Positions 27,896-39,200 of a stretch of 64,000 nucleotides of DNA are shown piece by piece. Location: assembly GCA_964577595.1 (NCBI GenBank), contig CAZNZK010000001.1, forward strand, positions 208,144 to 272,143. Reading direction: 5' to 3'. The position numbers and the translations under genes were made by a program. The stretch comes from an uncultured Candidatus Saccharibacteria bacterium. GTDB taxonomy: Bacteria > Patescibacteriota > Minisyncoccia > Phycocordibacterales > JAKAEA01. The notes below the pieces were generated by a model that was not told the DNA's origin, did not search any database, and saw nothing but the letters and a program-made list of their open reading frames with translations. Within the stretch, counting starts at the first letter, position 1; the number at the start of each line of letters is the position of its first letter.

Positions 27896-27912
27896 GGGTC
27901 AGGCACCGGTTA
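27896..27912. repeat. 17-bp REP-like repeat, copy 2
   Basis: GGGTCAGGCACCGGTTA, embedded in the hairpin TAACCGG...CCGGTTA at the helicase/cohesin gene junction. Confidence 0.7.
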
Positions 27913-29640
27913 TTCGGCCTTCTGCTCTTCTATTGCCTCATCAACTTCGTCCAGGTCAACTTCAATCGCTTCCTTAATTTCTTTTTCAGCCTTCGTTAAA
28001 ATTCTATCGTGCCGTAGATTTTGGAGGATTTCCAAATGTTTTTCTAAGCGCTTCTTCAAAAGAAGTAGTACTTTTGAGGTGCCATCTTTGAGCAAGACAC
28101 TTCGTATCCTAATACCGCTCTCTGAATTGGCATGATGGCGGCCCAGGAAATATGCCGCGAGAAGAAGGACGATGAGAATGAGCAGGGCAATAATTCCGAA
28201 ATTAAGCGCCACAAACGTGTGCGAGCCAATAGTGATCAACAATTGCGATGTGGCTGTGGTGTAGAGACGCGCCGACGACACTTTTGCATTGCCGGAGCCG
28301 GCTTCGGCCCACACGGTGTAATCGCCAGCCGCCAACGGACTGGTTGCCACAGAAAAGCTGGAATCGGAACCAGAGGTTGTTTGTAGGGCAACTGGGTTGT
28401 CAAAATTATGCTTCACATTGATAGTGATAGTGGTATTGGGACTCTGCGCAACGCCGCTAATAAGAAGCGGCTGGTTCGCAGGAACAATTCTGGGCAATGC
28501 GCTAAGCTGTGGCACCAGAATGGCGGTGGCGTGGAAACTACCCGAGGCCGAAGCACTATTGCCCGCCCGGTCAACAGCCACCAATTTCACGGTGTTGTCA
28601 CCGGAGGCATCAAACGGCAGAGCATAACTGCCGCCCGCAAAGTCGGCAGCGGAAATCGTTTTTACCAAAGCATCATTTATATAAATATCGTAGTGGTCAA
28701 TGCCGGAGGTTATGTCCTGAACCTGAGCGCTCATAGTGAGCACTTTAGCAGTATCGTCATAAGAAAATACTGCGTTGTTTTCCTGCGGAGCGGTGGTGTC
28801 TATTCTGGCGATATACGTACTTACTGGCCCCCAAGCATTTTCGTTATGAGCGCGGATTTTGAAATACCAAACTCCGTCCGCCAAGTCGGTAACGGTTTTC
28901 TGAGTAGTGGCAGGATTATAAATAACGTGCGGCACGCCACTGGTTGTGTTATCAATCGTCGTTTGTACCTCATCTACGCCATCAGGAAGAACCCATTGGA
29001 ATTCTGGACTACTGTTGTTATACCATTGGTCCTGGTTAGGATGAGTAGGTGAAGAAATCTGTAGTGCGAGGGCATCGGAGGAAGTGGTTGGGGGCGGAGG
29101 CGTTGGAGCCACTGGCGCGACAGGCGCCACTGGCGTGGGAGCCGCGCTCGGCCCAATAGTAAGCGCCACCCCTTTTTGACCATTAAGAACATTGGTGCCC
29201 AAGCCGTCGTTGGCCCGCACCGCATCGTCACTAGAAAAAACCAAATTGGCCTGGCCGGCCTGTTTTGCCCTGACTAAAATAGCCACAACGGCGCCGCTTG
29301 CGCCAGTGTAGCCGGGAGTAGGCACTCCTCCATTAAACGTAATGGTGCCTGCCGTGTTTGAAAATGTCGGATTCTGCACCCACAAAGAGAAAATGGAACT
29401 TGCACTGTTTACCGAAACAACACTCAAGAGGGCCGCTGGAAAATTAATTGTTGCCTGCGCATTATTTATAGCTACGCCTTGAGAATCTACCGTCACTAAT
29501 AATGTGGCAGTGTCGCCCGGCGCGAGCGTTGTTACGTTTGAGGCAATTTGCAGAGTGGCGGCGTGCACGCTACCGTATCCTAAAAAGAATACGCCGAGCG
29601 AAATTAGTGCACTACCATATAGTATTTTATTTTTTAACAT
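27910..29640 (-). CDS. Cohesin-domain surface protein with Ig-like domains, C-terminal TM and cytoplasmic coiled coil
   Basis: Signal peptide; PGDT.T..V.VDS.G.AIN.AQATI.FP...L.VVS.....SIFSLWV..P......GTI.F.GG.P.PG..G; ISSPTHP.Q..WY; IDTTAP; TM near the C-terminus. Confidence 0.75.
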   Translation of the reverse strand: MLKNKILYGSALISLGVFFLGYGSVHAATLQIASNVTTLAPGDTATLLVTVDSQGVAINNAQATINFPAALLSVVSVNSASSIFSLWVQNPTFSNTAGTITFNGGVPTPGYTGASGAVVAILVRAKQAGQANLVFSSDDAVRANDGLGTNVLNGQKGVALTIGPSAAPTPVAPVAPVAPTPPPPTTSSDALALQISSPTHPNQDQWYNNSSPEFQWVLPDGVDEVQTTIDNTTSGVPHVIYNPATTQKTVTDLADGVWYFKIRAHNENAWGPVSTYIARIDTTAPQENNAVFSYDDTAKVLTMSAQVQDITSGIDHYDIYINDALVKTISAADFAGGSYALPFDASGDNTVKLVAVDRAGNSASASGSFHATAILVPQLSALPRIVPANQPLLISGVAQSPNTTITINVKHNFDNPVALQTTSGSDSSFSVATSPLAAGDYTVWAEAGSGNAKVSSARLYTTATSQLLITIGSHTFVALNFGIIALLILIVLLLAAYFLGRHHANSESGIRIRSVLLKDGTSKVLLLLKKRLEKHLEILQNLRHDRILTKAEKEIKEAIEVDLDEVDEAIEEQKAE

Positions 29641-30292
29641 ACTTTTTGTAGCGGAACCAAAGAGCCACGCTTACCAAGCAGAGCACACCAACGGCCGATA
29701 GTAGAATAAGTATATCATTTTGCTCATGGGCAGATTGGGGAGATGTTTGGCTTGTAGCGTTAGTGGTTGGCAAAGGCACAACAATTCCCGGGCTCTGCCG
29801 ATTAACCGCAATGGCGATCGGCTGAGCCGTGACGTTCTCCTCGGTGCCCTGTCCATTATTAAGATAGACCGCGCCATTAGTTAACGACATTTGCACTGTG
29901 CCCGCCACGGCGGGTTTAATGCGCAAGCGAAAAAGGAGACCCTCGTGGTTAAACCCTCCGGGAATGCCGCCCGTAAAACTCACACTCGCCGTATCTGGGC
30001 TGTAATGGGGGGAAGTAGGCCAGAGACTTAAAAGAGACTTAGCTGTATCCGCCTCAACTGAAAGCTGGTCGCCGGCTATCCCCCCAAAATCAACAGAACC
30101 CTGTACGACGTTGAGATTTTGCGATTGAGGATCAACGCGAACTTCAACGATAGTGGCGGTATCTCCTGACACGGTATTCGGTACGACATTGAAAGTGATA
30201 AGAGCGGCCCGCGCGTCATGTGGCGAAACAAGTGCGCACAAGGCCGCAATTCCGATTACAAAAAAAGAAAAAAGTGAGTTACGCATGGTCAT
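29627..30292 (-). CDS. Single cohesin-like domain protein with C-terminal TM anchor
   Basis: Paralogous pattern (VEVRVDP..QNLNVVQG.V.F, SLLSLWPT.P, VSFTGGIPGGF, L.NG.GT); TM followed by RYKKYVKK. Confidence 0.72.
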   Translation of the reverse strand: MTMRNSLFSFFVIGIAALCALVSPHDARAALITFNVVPNTVSGDTATIVEVRVDPQSQNLNVVQGSVDFGGIAGDQLSVEADTAKSLLSLWPTSPHYSPDTASVSFTGGIPGGFNHEGLLFRLRIKPAVAGTVQMSLTNGAVYLNNGQGTEENVTAQPIAIAVNRQSPGIVVPLPTTNATSQTSPQSAHEQNDILILLSAVGVLCLVSVALWFRYKKYVKK

Positions 30293-30298
30293 ACAACG

Positions 30299-33200
30299 TT
30301 AGTCTTTTAGCGCAAGGGCTGTGTCTGTCCATTCATAGAGCATAATTGAAAAGTCTATGGAATCGACCTTGTTGTCGTGGTTAATATCTACCGAAGAATT
30401 TTTATATGGAGCCTTTGTTCCCCAAAATGCCAGGAGGATGGAGAAATCAATCGCGTCTACTCTGCCATCATGGTTAAAGTCGGATGTTGTCAATTTAGAA
30501 TTCACTAAATTAGGAGTGGCGACTACCAGGTTGCCCCCTCCACCTCCTCCCCCTCCTCCACCGCCACCTCCACCACCTCCTCCCCCGCCGCCATTAGTAG
30601 AAACGGGAGCGGTTGCGGTGAATGACTGGTCGGCCGTAGAAAAGCTGGAGCCAAATTGGACATTTAAATGAAACCAATAATTTCCGGCATTTGGCACCGT
30701 GGAATTGAGCGTTGTGTCAAAATTTTGACCGGGCTGGATAAGCTTGGCATTCTGGCCGTCAAAAATGTCGGCGCTACCGCACGAGCCCACCTCTGAACTG
30801 GTGACGCACCAGTTATATGTGTATTCAGATTGGGCCTGGCCTTCGTTGGTTATTCTAATCGCCGTGGAAATATTCGGAGTGGTTAGGCTCGGGAAACTCT
30901 GGATGAGGACTTGCGCTGGCGAGCCCGGCGTCGCGCTTACCACACCAGAAGGTGTGCCTTGATTGATGGCATTTTTAGCAATCACTCGGAAATTATACGC
31001 AACGTCGTTGGAAAGGCTCGTCACTGTTGTGGCAGGCGTAGTTCCTACTCCATCATCAAATATGGCCCAGGTGCCACCCGTAGCTAATTCGTATTCAACA
31101 ATGTAGTCGGCGATTGAGGAGCCCCCATCAGAAACGGGCGCTGACCAAGAAAGACCAATGCTACTGTCGGCGACTGTGGCTGTGAGGTTTTGCGGCGCGC
31201 TTGGAATACTTGCGGGCGTAATGGAGTTACTTGTTCCCGATGATGTACTCGTGCCTTCCGCGTTAGTGGCGCTAACGGTAAATGTATATGGTGTGCCGTT
31301 AGTGAGGCCGGTGACCGTGGCTACCGTAGAACCGCTCATGGCACTATGCAAGCCATCGTTGGAAGTAACCGTGTAATACAGGATGGTTGAGCCGCCGTTG
31401 AACGACGGGGCCGACCACGAAACAGTGGCGCTCGTATCGCCGGTCACGGCCGCAACGTTGGTCGGAGCGTTTGGAACGGTCGCCGGCGTTGTTGCGTTGC
31501 TGGAGAGTGAGGAGGTGCTTGTGCCAACCGAGTTCGTGGCAGTCACCGTAAAGGTGTAAGTGGTGCCGTTAATGAGGCCAGTGACGGTGATGGGCGAAGC
31601 GCCGCCCGAAGCAGTGTGACCATCGTTGGAAGTAACGGTGTATGAGGTGACCGTGGCGCCGCCAGTATTGCTTGGCGGAGTGAAGGTGACCGTGGCATTG
31701 CCATTTCCGCTAGTGGCAGTGACGCTCGTCGGCGCGTCGGGAACAGTAGCAGGCACGACTGAATTACTTGTACCTGAGGACGTACTGGTTCCAACAGCGT
31801 TGCTGGCGGTGACCGTGAACGTGTAGGTGGTGCCATTAGTGAGGCCGGTGATTGTTATAGGCGACGAGCCACCGGTTGCGGTGAATCCTCCGACATTTGA
31901 AGAAACCGTGTATGTCGTGATGGCCGAGCCGCCAGTGTTGCCAGGCGCTGTGAAAGTAATTGTGGCTTGGCCGTTGCCACCGGTGGCTGTGCCGATCGTC
32001 GGCGCATTCGGAATGGTAGCCGGCGTTACTGAATTAGTGGTGGCTGAAGGCGTGCTCGTACCAGCTGAGTTTGAGGCGGTCACCGTAAACGTATACGTGG
32101 TGCCATTAGTGAGGCCGGTGATTGTTATAGGCGAGGAACCACCCGTTGCCGTGTGCCCGTCGTTGGAAGTGACGGTGTAGTAAGAAATCGTGGATCCCCC
32201 ATTATTTCCGGGAGCCGAGAACGTGATAGTGGCTTGGCCATTTCCTCCGGTTGCCGTGCCAACAGAAGGCGCATTCGGAACTGTGGCCGGAGTGACCGAG
32301 CCACTAGCAGACGAGGCAGTGCTCGTGCCTGCAGAATTGGTGGCGGTAACCGTGAACGTGTATGCAGTGCCGTTGGTAAGGCCGGTGACGGTGATTGGAG
32401 ATGAACCGCCATTTGCCGTGTGGCCGTCGTTTGAGGTAACCGTATAGGTAGTGATTACGGAGCCACCGTTATTTCCGGGCGCGGTGAATGTGACGAGCAC
32501 CTGACCATTACCGCTCGTGACCGAACCGATTGTGGGCGCATCAGGAATAGTCGCTGAAGTGACTGAATTACTGGTGGCCGAAGCGGTACTCGTGCCCACG
32601 GAGTTGGTCGCGGTAACCGTGAACGTGTAGGTCGTGCCGTTGGTGAGGCCGGTCACCGTAATCGGCGAGGAACCGCCGGTTGCGCTGTGGCCGTCGTTAG
32701 AAGTGACGGTGTAGTACGAAATTGTTGCCCCTCCATTATTTCCGGGAGCCGAGAACGTGATGGTAGCCTGACCATTGCCGGAAGTGGCGGTACCTATGCT
32801 TGGAGCATTAGGAACAGTAGCTGGCGTGGCCGAATTAGAAGCGCTTGAAGCCGTACTCGTACCAGCGGAGTTGGAAGCCGTCACCGTAAAAGTATACGAC
32901 GTGCCGTTGGTGAGGCCGGTCACCGTAATCGGCGAGGAACCACCCGTTGCGCTGTGGCCGTCGTTGGAACTAACCGTGTAATAAGAAACGCTCGCGCCGC
33001 CGTTATTTCCGGGAGCCGTAAACGCGACGGTGACCTGACCATTTCCGGCAGTGGCGGGGCCAATTGTCGGCGCGTCGGGAACCGTTGCTGGCGTAACTGA
33101 ATTACTTGCGGCGGAAACAGTGCTTGTTCCTACTCCGTTGGTAGCCGTTACGGTAAATGTGTATGTAATACCGTTGGTGAGGCCGGTCACCGTAATCGGC

Positions 33201-36200
33201 GAGGAACCGCCCGTTGCGCTGTGGCCATCGTTTGAGGTGACGGTATAATACGAAATTGTTGAGCCGCCATAATTTACCGGTCCGGAGAAAGAGATTGTGG
33301 CCTCGCCAGGACTTTGTGTTGCCGTGCCAATGGTTGGAGCGTCAGGAACAGTCGCTGGCGTCACTGAATTTGAAACCGAAGAAGCGGTGCTTGTGCCGGC
33401 CGCATTCGTGGCAGTCACCGTAAACGTATAGGTGGTGCCATTCGTCAGGCCAGTAATTGTTACGGGCGAAGAACCGCCCGTGGCAGTGTGACCATCGTTG
33501 GAACTAACTGTGTAATAAGAAACTGTGGCCCCTCCATTATTTCCGGGAGCCGTAAAAGTAATGGTTGCTTGCCCGTTTCCGGAAGTAGCCGTGCCGATAG
33601 TTGGCGCATTCGGAGCCATGGCAGGAGTGACCGAGTTAGTCACGCTGGAAGCAGTGCTGGTACCCACGGCATTACTTGCTGAGACGGTGAATGTGTAGGT
33701 CGTACCGTTAGTGAGGCCGGTTATTGTTATAGGTGACGAACCGCCCGTGGCAGTGTGACCGTCATTAGAAGTGACAGTATATGAAGCCACAGTGGCTCCC
33801 CCATTATTTCCGAGTGTCGAGAACGAAATCGTGGCCTGCCCGTTTCCGCCAGCGGCAGTCACACCGCTAGGAGCATCTGGAACTGTAGCTGGCGTAACTG
33901 AATTTGAAACGGAAGAAGATGTACTGGTGCCCACACTATTAGTAGCGGTAACTGTGAATGTGTAGGTTGTACCGTTACTTAGTCCCGTAATAGTAATTGG
34001 GGATGAACCGCCGGTTGCCGTAAATCCGCCAATGTTTGAACTGACTGTGTAATACGTAATTGTGGAGCCTCCATTATTTCCGGGGGCCGAGAAAGAAATG
34101 GTAGCCTGACCATTGCCGCCAGTGGCGGGCCCAATTGTCGGCGCGTCGGGAACCGTTGTCGGCGTCACTGAATTTGAAACTGAAGAAGCTGTACTTGTGC
34201 CAACCGCGTTCGTAGCGGTCACCGTAAACGTATAGACCACACCATTAGTGAGGCCGGTCACCGTAATCGGCGAGGAACCGCCGGTTGCGCTGTGGCCGTC
34301 GTTGGAAGTGACGGTGTAGTACGAAATTGTTGAGCCGCCATAATTTACCGGTCTGGAGAAAGAGATTGTGGCTTCGCCAGGAGCTTCTGTTGCCGTTCCG
34401 ATGGTTGGAGCGTCAGGCGTCGTGGCCGGCACGACTGAACCGCTTGTGCCAGAAGGAGTACTTGTGCCAGCACCATTGGTCGCGGTCACCGTGAATGTGT
34501 AGGTCGCGCCGTTGGTGAGACCGGTAATGGTGATTGGTGAATTACCACCCGTCGCGGTGTGCGGTACGTCGGTCAGGGAATTGGAAGTGACGGTGTAATA
34601 GGTGATATTTGAACCATTGTTATTTGGCGCAGTGAACGTGACGGTGGCTTGGCCAGTGCCAGCAGTGGCAGAGACATTAGTTGGAAAATCTGGAGCCGCG
34701 GCGGGCATGACCGAATTACTTGTTCCCGATGAGGTGCTGGTGCCCACCGCATTGGTCGCGGTCACCGTAAACGTGTAGGTCGCGCCGTTGGTGAGACCGG
34801 TAATGGTGATTGGCGAATTACCACCCATCATAGTATGCGGTACATCGCTCAAGGAACTTGAGGTAACCGTGTAATACGAAATTGTTGAGCCGCCGTAATT
34901 TACCGGCCCGGAGAAAGAGATTGTGGCTTCACCAGGAGCTTCTGTTGCTGTTCCAATAGTTGGCGCGTCTGGAATGCTAATAGGTGTGACCGAATTACTT
35001 GTTCCCGATGAGGTGCTGGTGCCCACCGCATTGGTCGCGGTCACCGTAAACGTGTAGGTCGCGCCGTTGGTGAGACCGGTAATGGTGATTGGTGAAGTGC
35101 CACCAGTCGCGGTGTGCGGTACGTCGGTCATGGAGTTGGAAGTGACGGTGTAATACGAAATTGTTGAGCCGTTATTGGCTGGCGCGGTGAAGGTGACAGT
35201 GGCCTCGCCAGGACTTTGTGTTGCCGTTCCGATCGTCGGCGCGTCAGGAGAGGTAGCCGGCATGACCGAATTACTTGTTCCCGATGAGGTGCTGGTGCCC
35301 ACCGCATTGGTCGCGGTCACCGTAAACGTATAGACCACACCATTAGTGAGGCCGGTCACCGTAATCGGCGAGGAACCGCCGGTTGCGCTGTGGCCATCGT
35401 TTGAGGTAACCGTGTAGTACGAAATTGTTGAGCCGCCATAATTTACTGGTCCGGAGAAAGAGATTGTGGCTTCACCAGGAGCTTCTGTTGCTGTTCCAAT
35501 AGTTGGCGCGTCTGGAATGCTAATAGGTGTGACCGAATTACTCGATAACGAAGCACTGCTTGTGCCGATGCTATTTGTCGCGGTGACGGTGAAATAATAC
35601 GTTAGACCATTCGTAAGGCCCGTAATAACTATGGGCGATGCCCCACCAGTAATGCTATGCAAACCATCAGTAGAAGTGACGGTGTATGAAGTTATCGTCG
35701 AATAGCCATCATTAACGGGTGCGGTAAAAGTAACAATGGCTTCGCCAGGAGCTTCTGTCGCCGTTCCAATGATTGGCGCGTCCGGAGCGGTAGCGGGAGT
35801 GATTGGGAGTGAGGAAAGTGAGGGAGTGCTTGTTCCTACGCCGTTTGTCGCAGTGACGGTGAAGGTGTAGGTTGAGCCGTAGGTCAAGCCACTAATAGTT
35901 ATCGGTGAAGTGCCTCCACTCATAGTATGCGGAACATCACTCGTGGAATTGGAGGTTACGGTGTAGTACGAAATAGTGGAGCCGTTGCTGTTTGGATATG
36001 AAAAAGTAATCGTGGCTCCATCATCATTTCTGACTGCCGAAATAATTATCGGTTGGTCGGGAACGGTAGCTGGCATCACTGAAAGACTCGAACCTGAAGC
36101 GGTGCTCGTGCCAACCGAGTTGGTAGCAGTAACAGAGAAAGTGTACGTCGCGCCGTTAATCAAACCACCGATAGTGATGGGCGAAGCGCCTCCACTCATG

Positions 36201-39200
36201 GTATGCGGAGTATCACCCAAGGAGCTGGACGTCACGGTGTAGTACGAAATTGCGGAACCATTGTTGGCCGGTGTAGTGAACGTAATAGTAGCTGTGCCAG
36301 GACCCCCAGTAGCGGAGGTGATGACGGGAGCGTCTGGAGCAATAGCTGGCATCACGGAACCACTCGTGTTTGACATGGTACTGGTACCAACGCCATTGGT
36401 CGCAGTAACGGTGAACGTGTAGTTAACACCATTAGTAAGATTAATAATTGTAATTGGTGATGAGCCGCCGTACGCCGTGTCACCGTAATTAGAGGTGACG
36501 GTGTAATACGAAATAGTGGAGCCGTTATTGGCCGGTGTAGTAAAAGTGATGGTTGCCGAACCGGGGCCGCCAGTAGCGGAGGTGATGACGGGAGCGTCTG
36601 GAGTTGTGGCGGGCATAACAGAACCACTAGTGTTTGACATGGTGCTTGTGCCAGCAGAATTCGTGGCCGTCACCGTGAACGTGTAGTTAATACCATTGGT
36701 GAGATTGGTAATTGTAATTGGCGACGAACCACCGATTGCCGTGTCACCGTAATTAGAGGTGACGGTGTAATACGAAATAGTGGAGCCGTTATTGGCCGGT
36801 GTAGTAAAAGTGATGGTTGCCGAACCGGGGCCGCCAGTAGCGGAGGTGATGACGGGAGCATCGGGAACGGTGGCCGGCATCACGGAGTTGCTCGTGACCG
36901 AAGCCGTGCTGGTGCCGGTGGCATTAGTTGCTGTTACGGTAAAAGTGTATAGGACGCCATTAGTTAGGCCATAGATCGTAATTGGTGAATTACTGCCGGT
37001 TATTGTATGTGACACGTCGGCTAAAGAACTGGAAGTGACGGTGTAATAAGTGATAGCAGAACCACCAAGATTAGTCGGCGCTGTGAAAGTGATGGTAGCT
37101 TGGCCATTACCACCAACCGCGACAACGTTCGTCGGCGACCCTGAAACAGTTTGATAATCAAGATACGCATAAGTAGAGCTCGGAACAATATCCCAAATTG
37201 GCGTGGCAAAATCCCAGTTGGAATATGTGGCGAGCAACATCATTGAGTTGTTACTCTCGCTGTTCATACCGGAAGGATCCACAGCACCAGTGCCAAGACC
37301 GTTGTTGTGGAGCTTTCCAGAAGTGTCCGTATCCCAATAATCGGAAACATAGGTGCCGCCAGCACTGCCGGTCATACCGCCGACGTTGCGTACTCCCACC
37401 GTAGTACCATTCGCGCCGGCGCTACCGGTGCCACCCGCTCCACTACCGGTGCCAGTAGCACCACCCGCACCACCGAGAGCGGCAAGAGTGCTTGTGCCTG
37501 AAGGCGCGCCAATTGAATACGCGTTCGTAACCGTTGCAGTGTTGCTACCCATCAGGCCGCCGATGTATGCATTACCGCCGTTGCCGCCAGTGCCACCATT
37601 CAAACCGGCGCCAGCGGTACCCAATGTACTTCCGCCACCTTTAGCACCACCGGCGCCACCCTGGCCACCGTTGCCGCCTTTAGCGGCCAGGCCAGCAGTT
37701 GAGCTCGCGGTTCCTAATGCATAGGCATTAGTGATAGTTCCCGTATTTGTGCCGATTAAACCTCCGGCATACACATCACCGCCCGCGCCACCGTTGCCGC
37801 CGTTAGAACCATTCGTGGCCGGGCCACCGTTGCCGGTAGCGCCGGAGCCACCAACACCACCGTTGCCTCCTATGCCGCCAGTGGCGCCAACAATTCCATT
37901 GCCTCCAATCACCTTCACATTACCGGAAGCATAACTGGTGCTAATACTACCCGTTGAAATATTTCCGCCAACGAGCCCGCCGCCGTAGCTGAAGCCGCCA
38001 GTACCACCATTACCCTCTGTTACCACGCCACCACCAGTACCGCCAATGCCACCGCCACCTGTTCCGCCATTGCCACCAGTGCCAGCTACCCCAGCAAGAC
38101 CAGCCGCGCCACCGTTGCCGCCAACAATGGTAACGTTCCCCGCCGACCAGGAATATTGAATTATGCCCGCGGTGTAGTTATAACCGACTAGTCCCCCAGC
38201 GTAGGCCGCGCCGCCGTTGCCAGCCGCGGCAGTTGCTCCTTCTGCGCCACCCGTGCCACCAGCACCCGTTGCGCCGCCGTTGCCACCGACGCCACCTATA
38301 CCACCCGCGCCTCCGGCACCGCCGGTTGAACCATTAGCATTTACTGCTCCGATAGCATATGTCGTATATAAAGTACCTAAGTTATAGCCAGTAAAGCCTC
38401 CGGCATACGTGATACCGCCGTTAGTACCAGCGGTTCTACCCCCTGCCTGACCACCATTACTACCGTTGCTTGCGGAAGCGGCTGTGGTGGTACCTATACC
38501 ACCAGTGCCGCCAGCACCGCCAGCACCGCCAGCACCAGCAGTCGCCGTTACTGTTCCTAATGCATAAGAATCTTTAATAATCATGCCGGTAAAATTTTCT
38601 CCGGCAAAACCACCACCATAGACGATGCCAGCTGTGCCTGCGGCACCACCTGTTCCTCCAACGCCACCCTGGCCACCCACACCAACCGTGCCAACAAAAC
38701 CAGAAACGCCATTGCCACCAACACCGCCAGTACCGCCAGTGCCAGCAGTACCTGTGGCGTTATTAGTTGAATAAGAGTTGATCTCAATAAAACCATCGTT
38801 ATAACCAACAAAACCTCCTATATATAGAGCACCTCCCACGGCATTCGTGGCAGCAGAACCGCCGGTACCACCGCCACCGCCGATACCAACACTTCCAGCC
38901 GCGCCGCCGGTGCCGCCAGTACCTCCCGTGCCGCCGTTGCCGGCAATTCCAGTAACCGTTTGCCCAATAGCATAACTGGTGAGCGTTGTGTTTGTCGTGT
39001 CAATATTATTTCCAATCAGACCGCCGACATATGCCGCGCCGCCGGCGCCGGAAGCGCCTCCGTTGCCGCCCAATCCTCCCGCATGACCACCGACTCCCAA
39101 CGAGCCGTCACCACCCGTGCCGCCGTTACCGCCGGCGGCACCGTTGTTACCTATTGCCGTAACAGAACCGGCCGCGTACGAACTAATAATGACACCGTTG

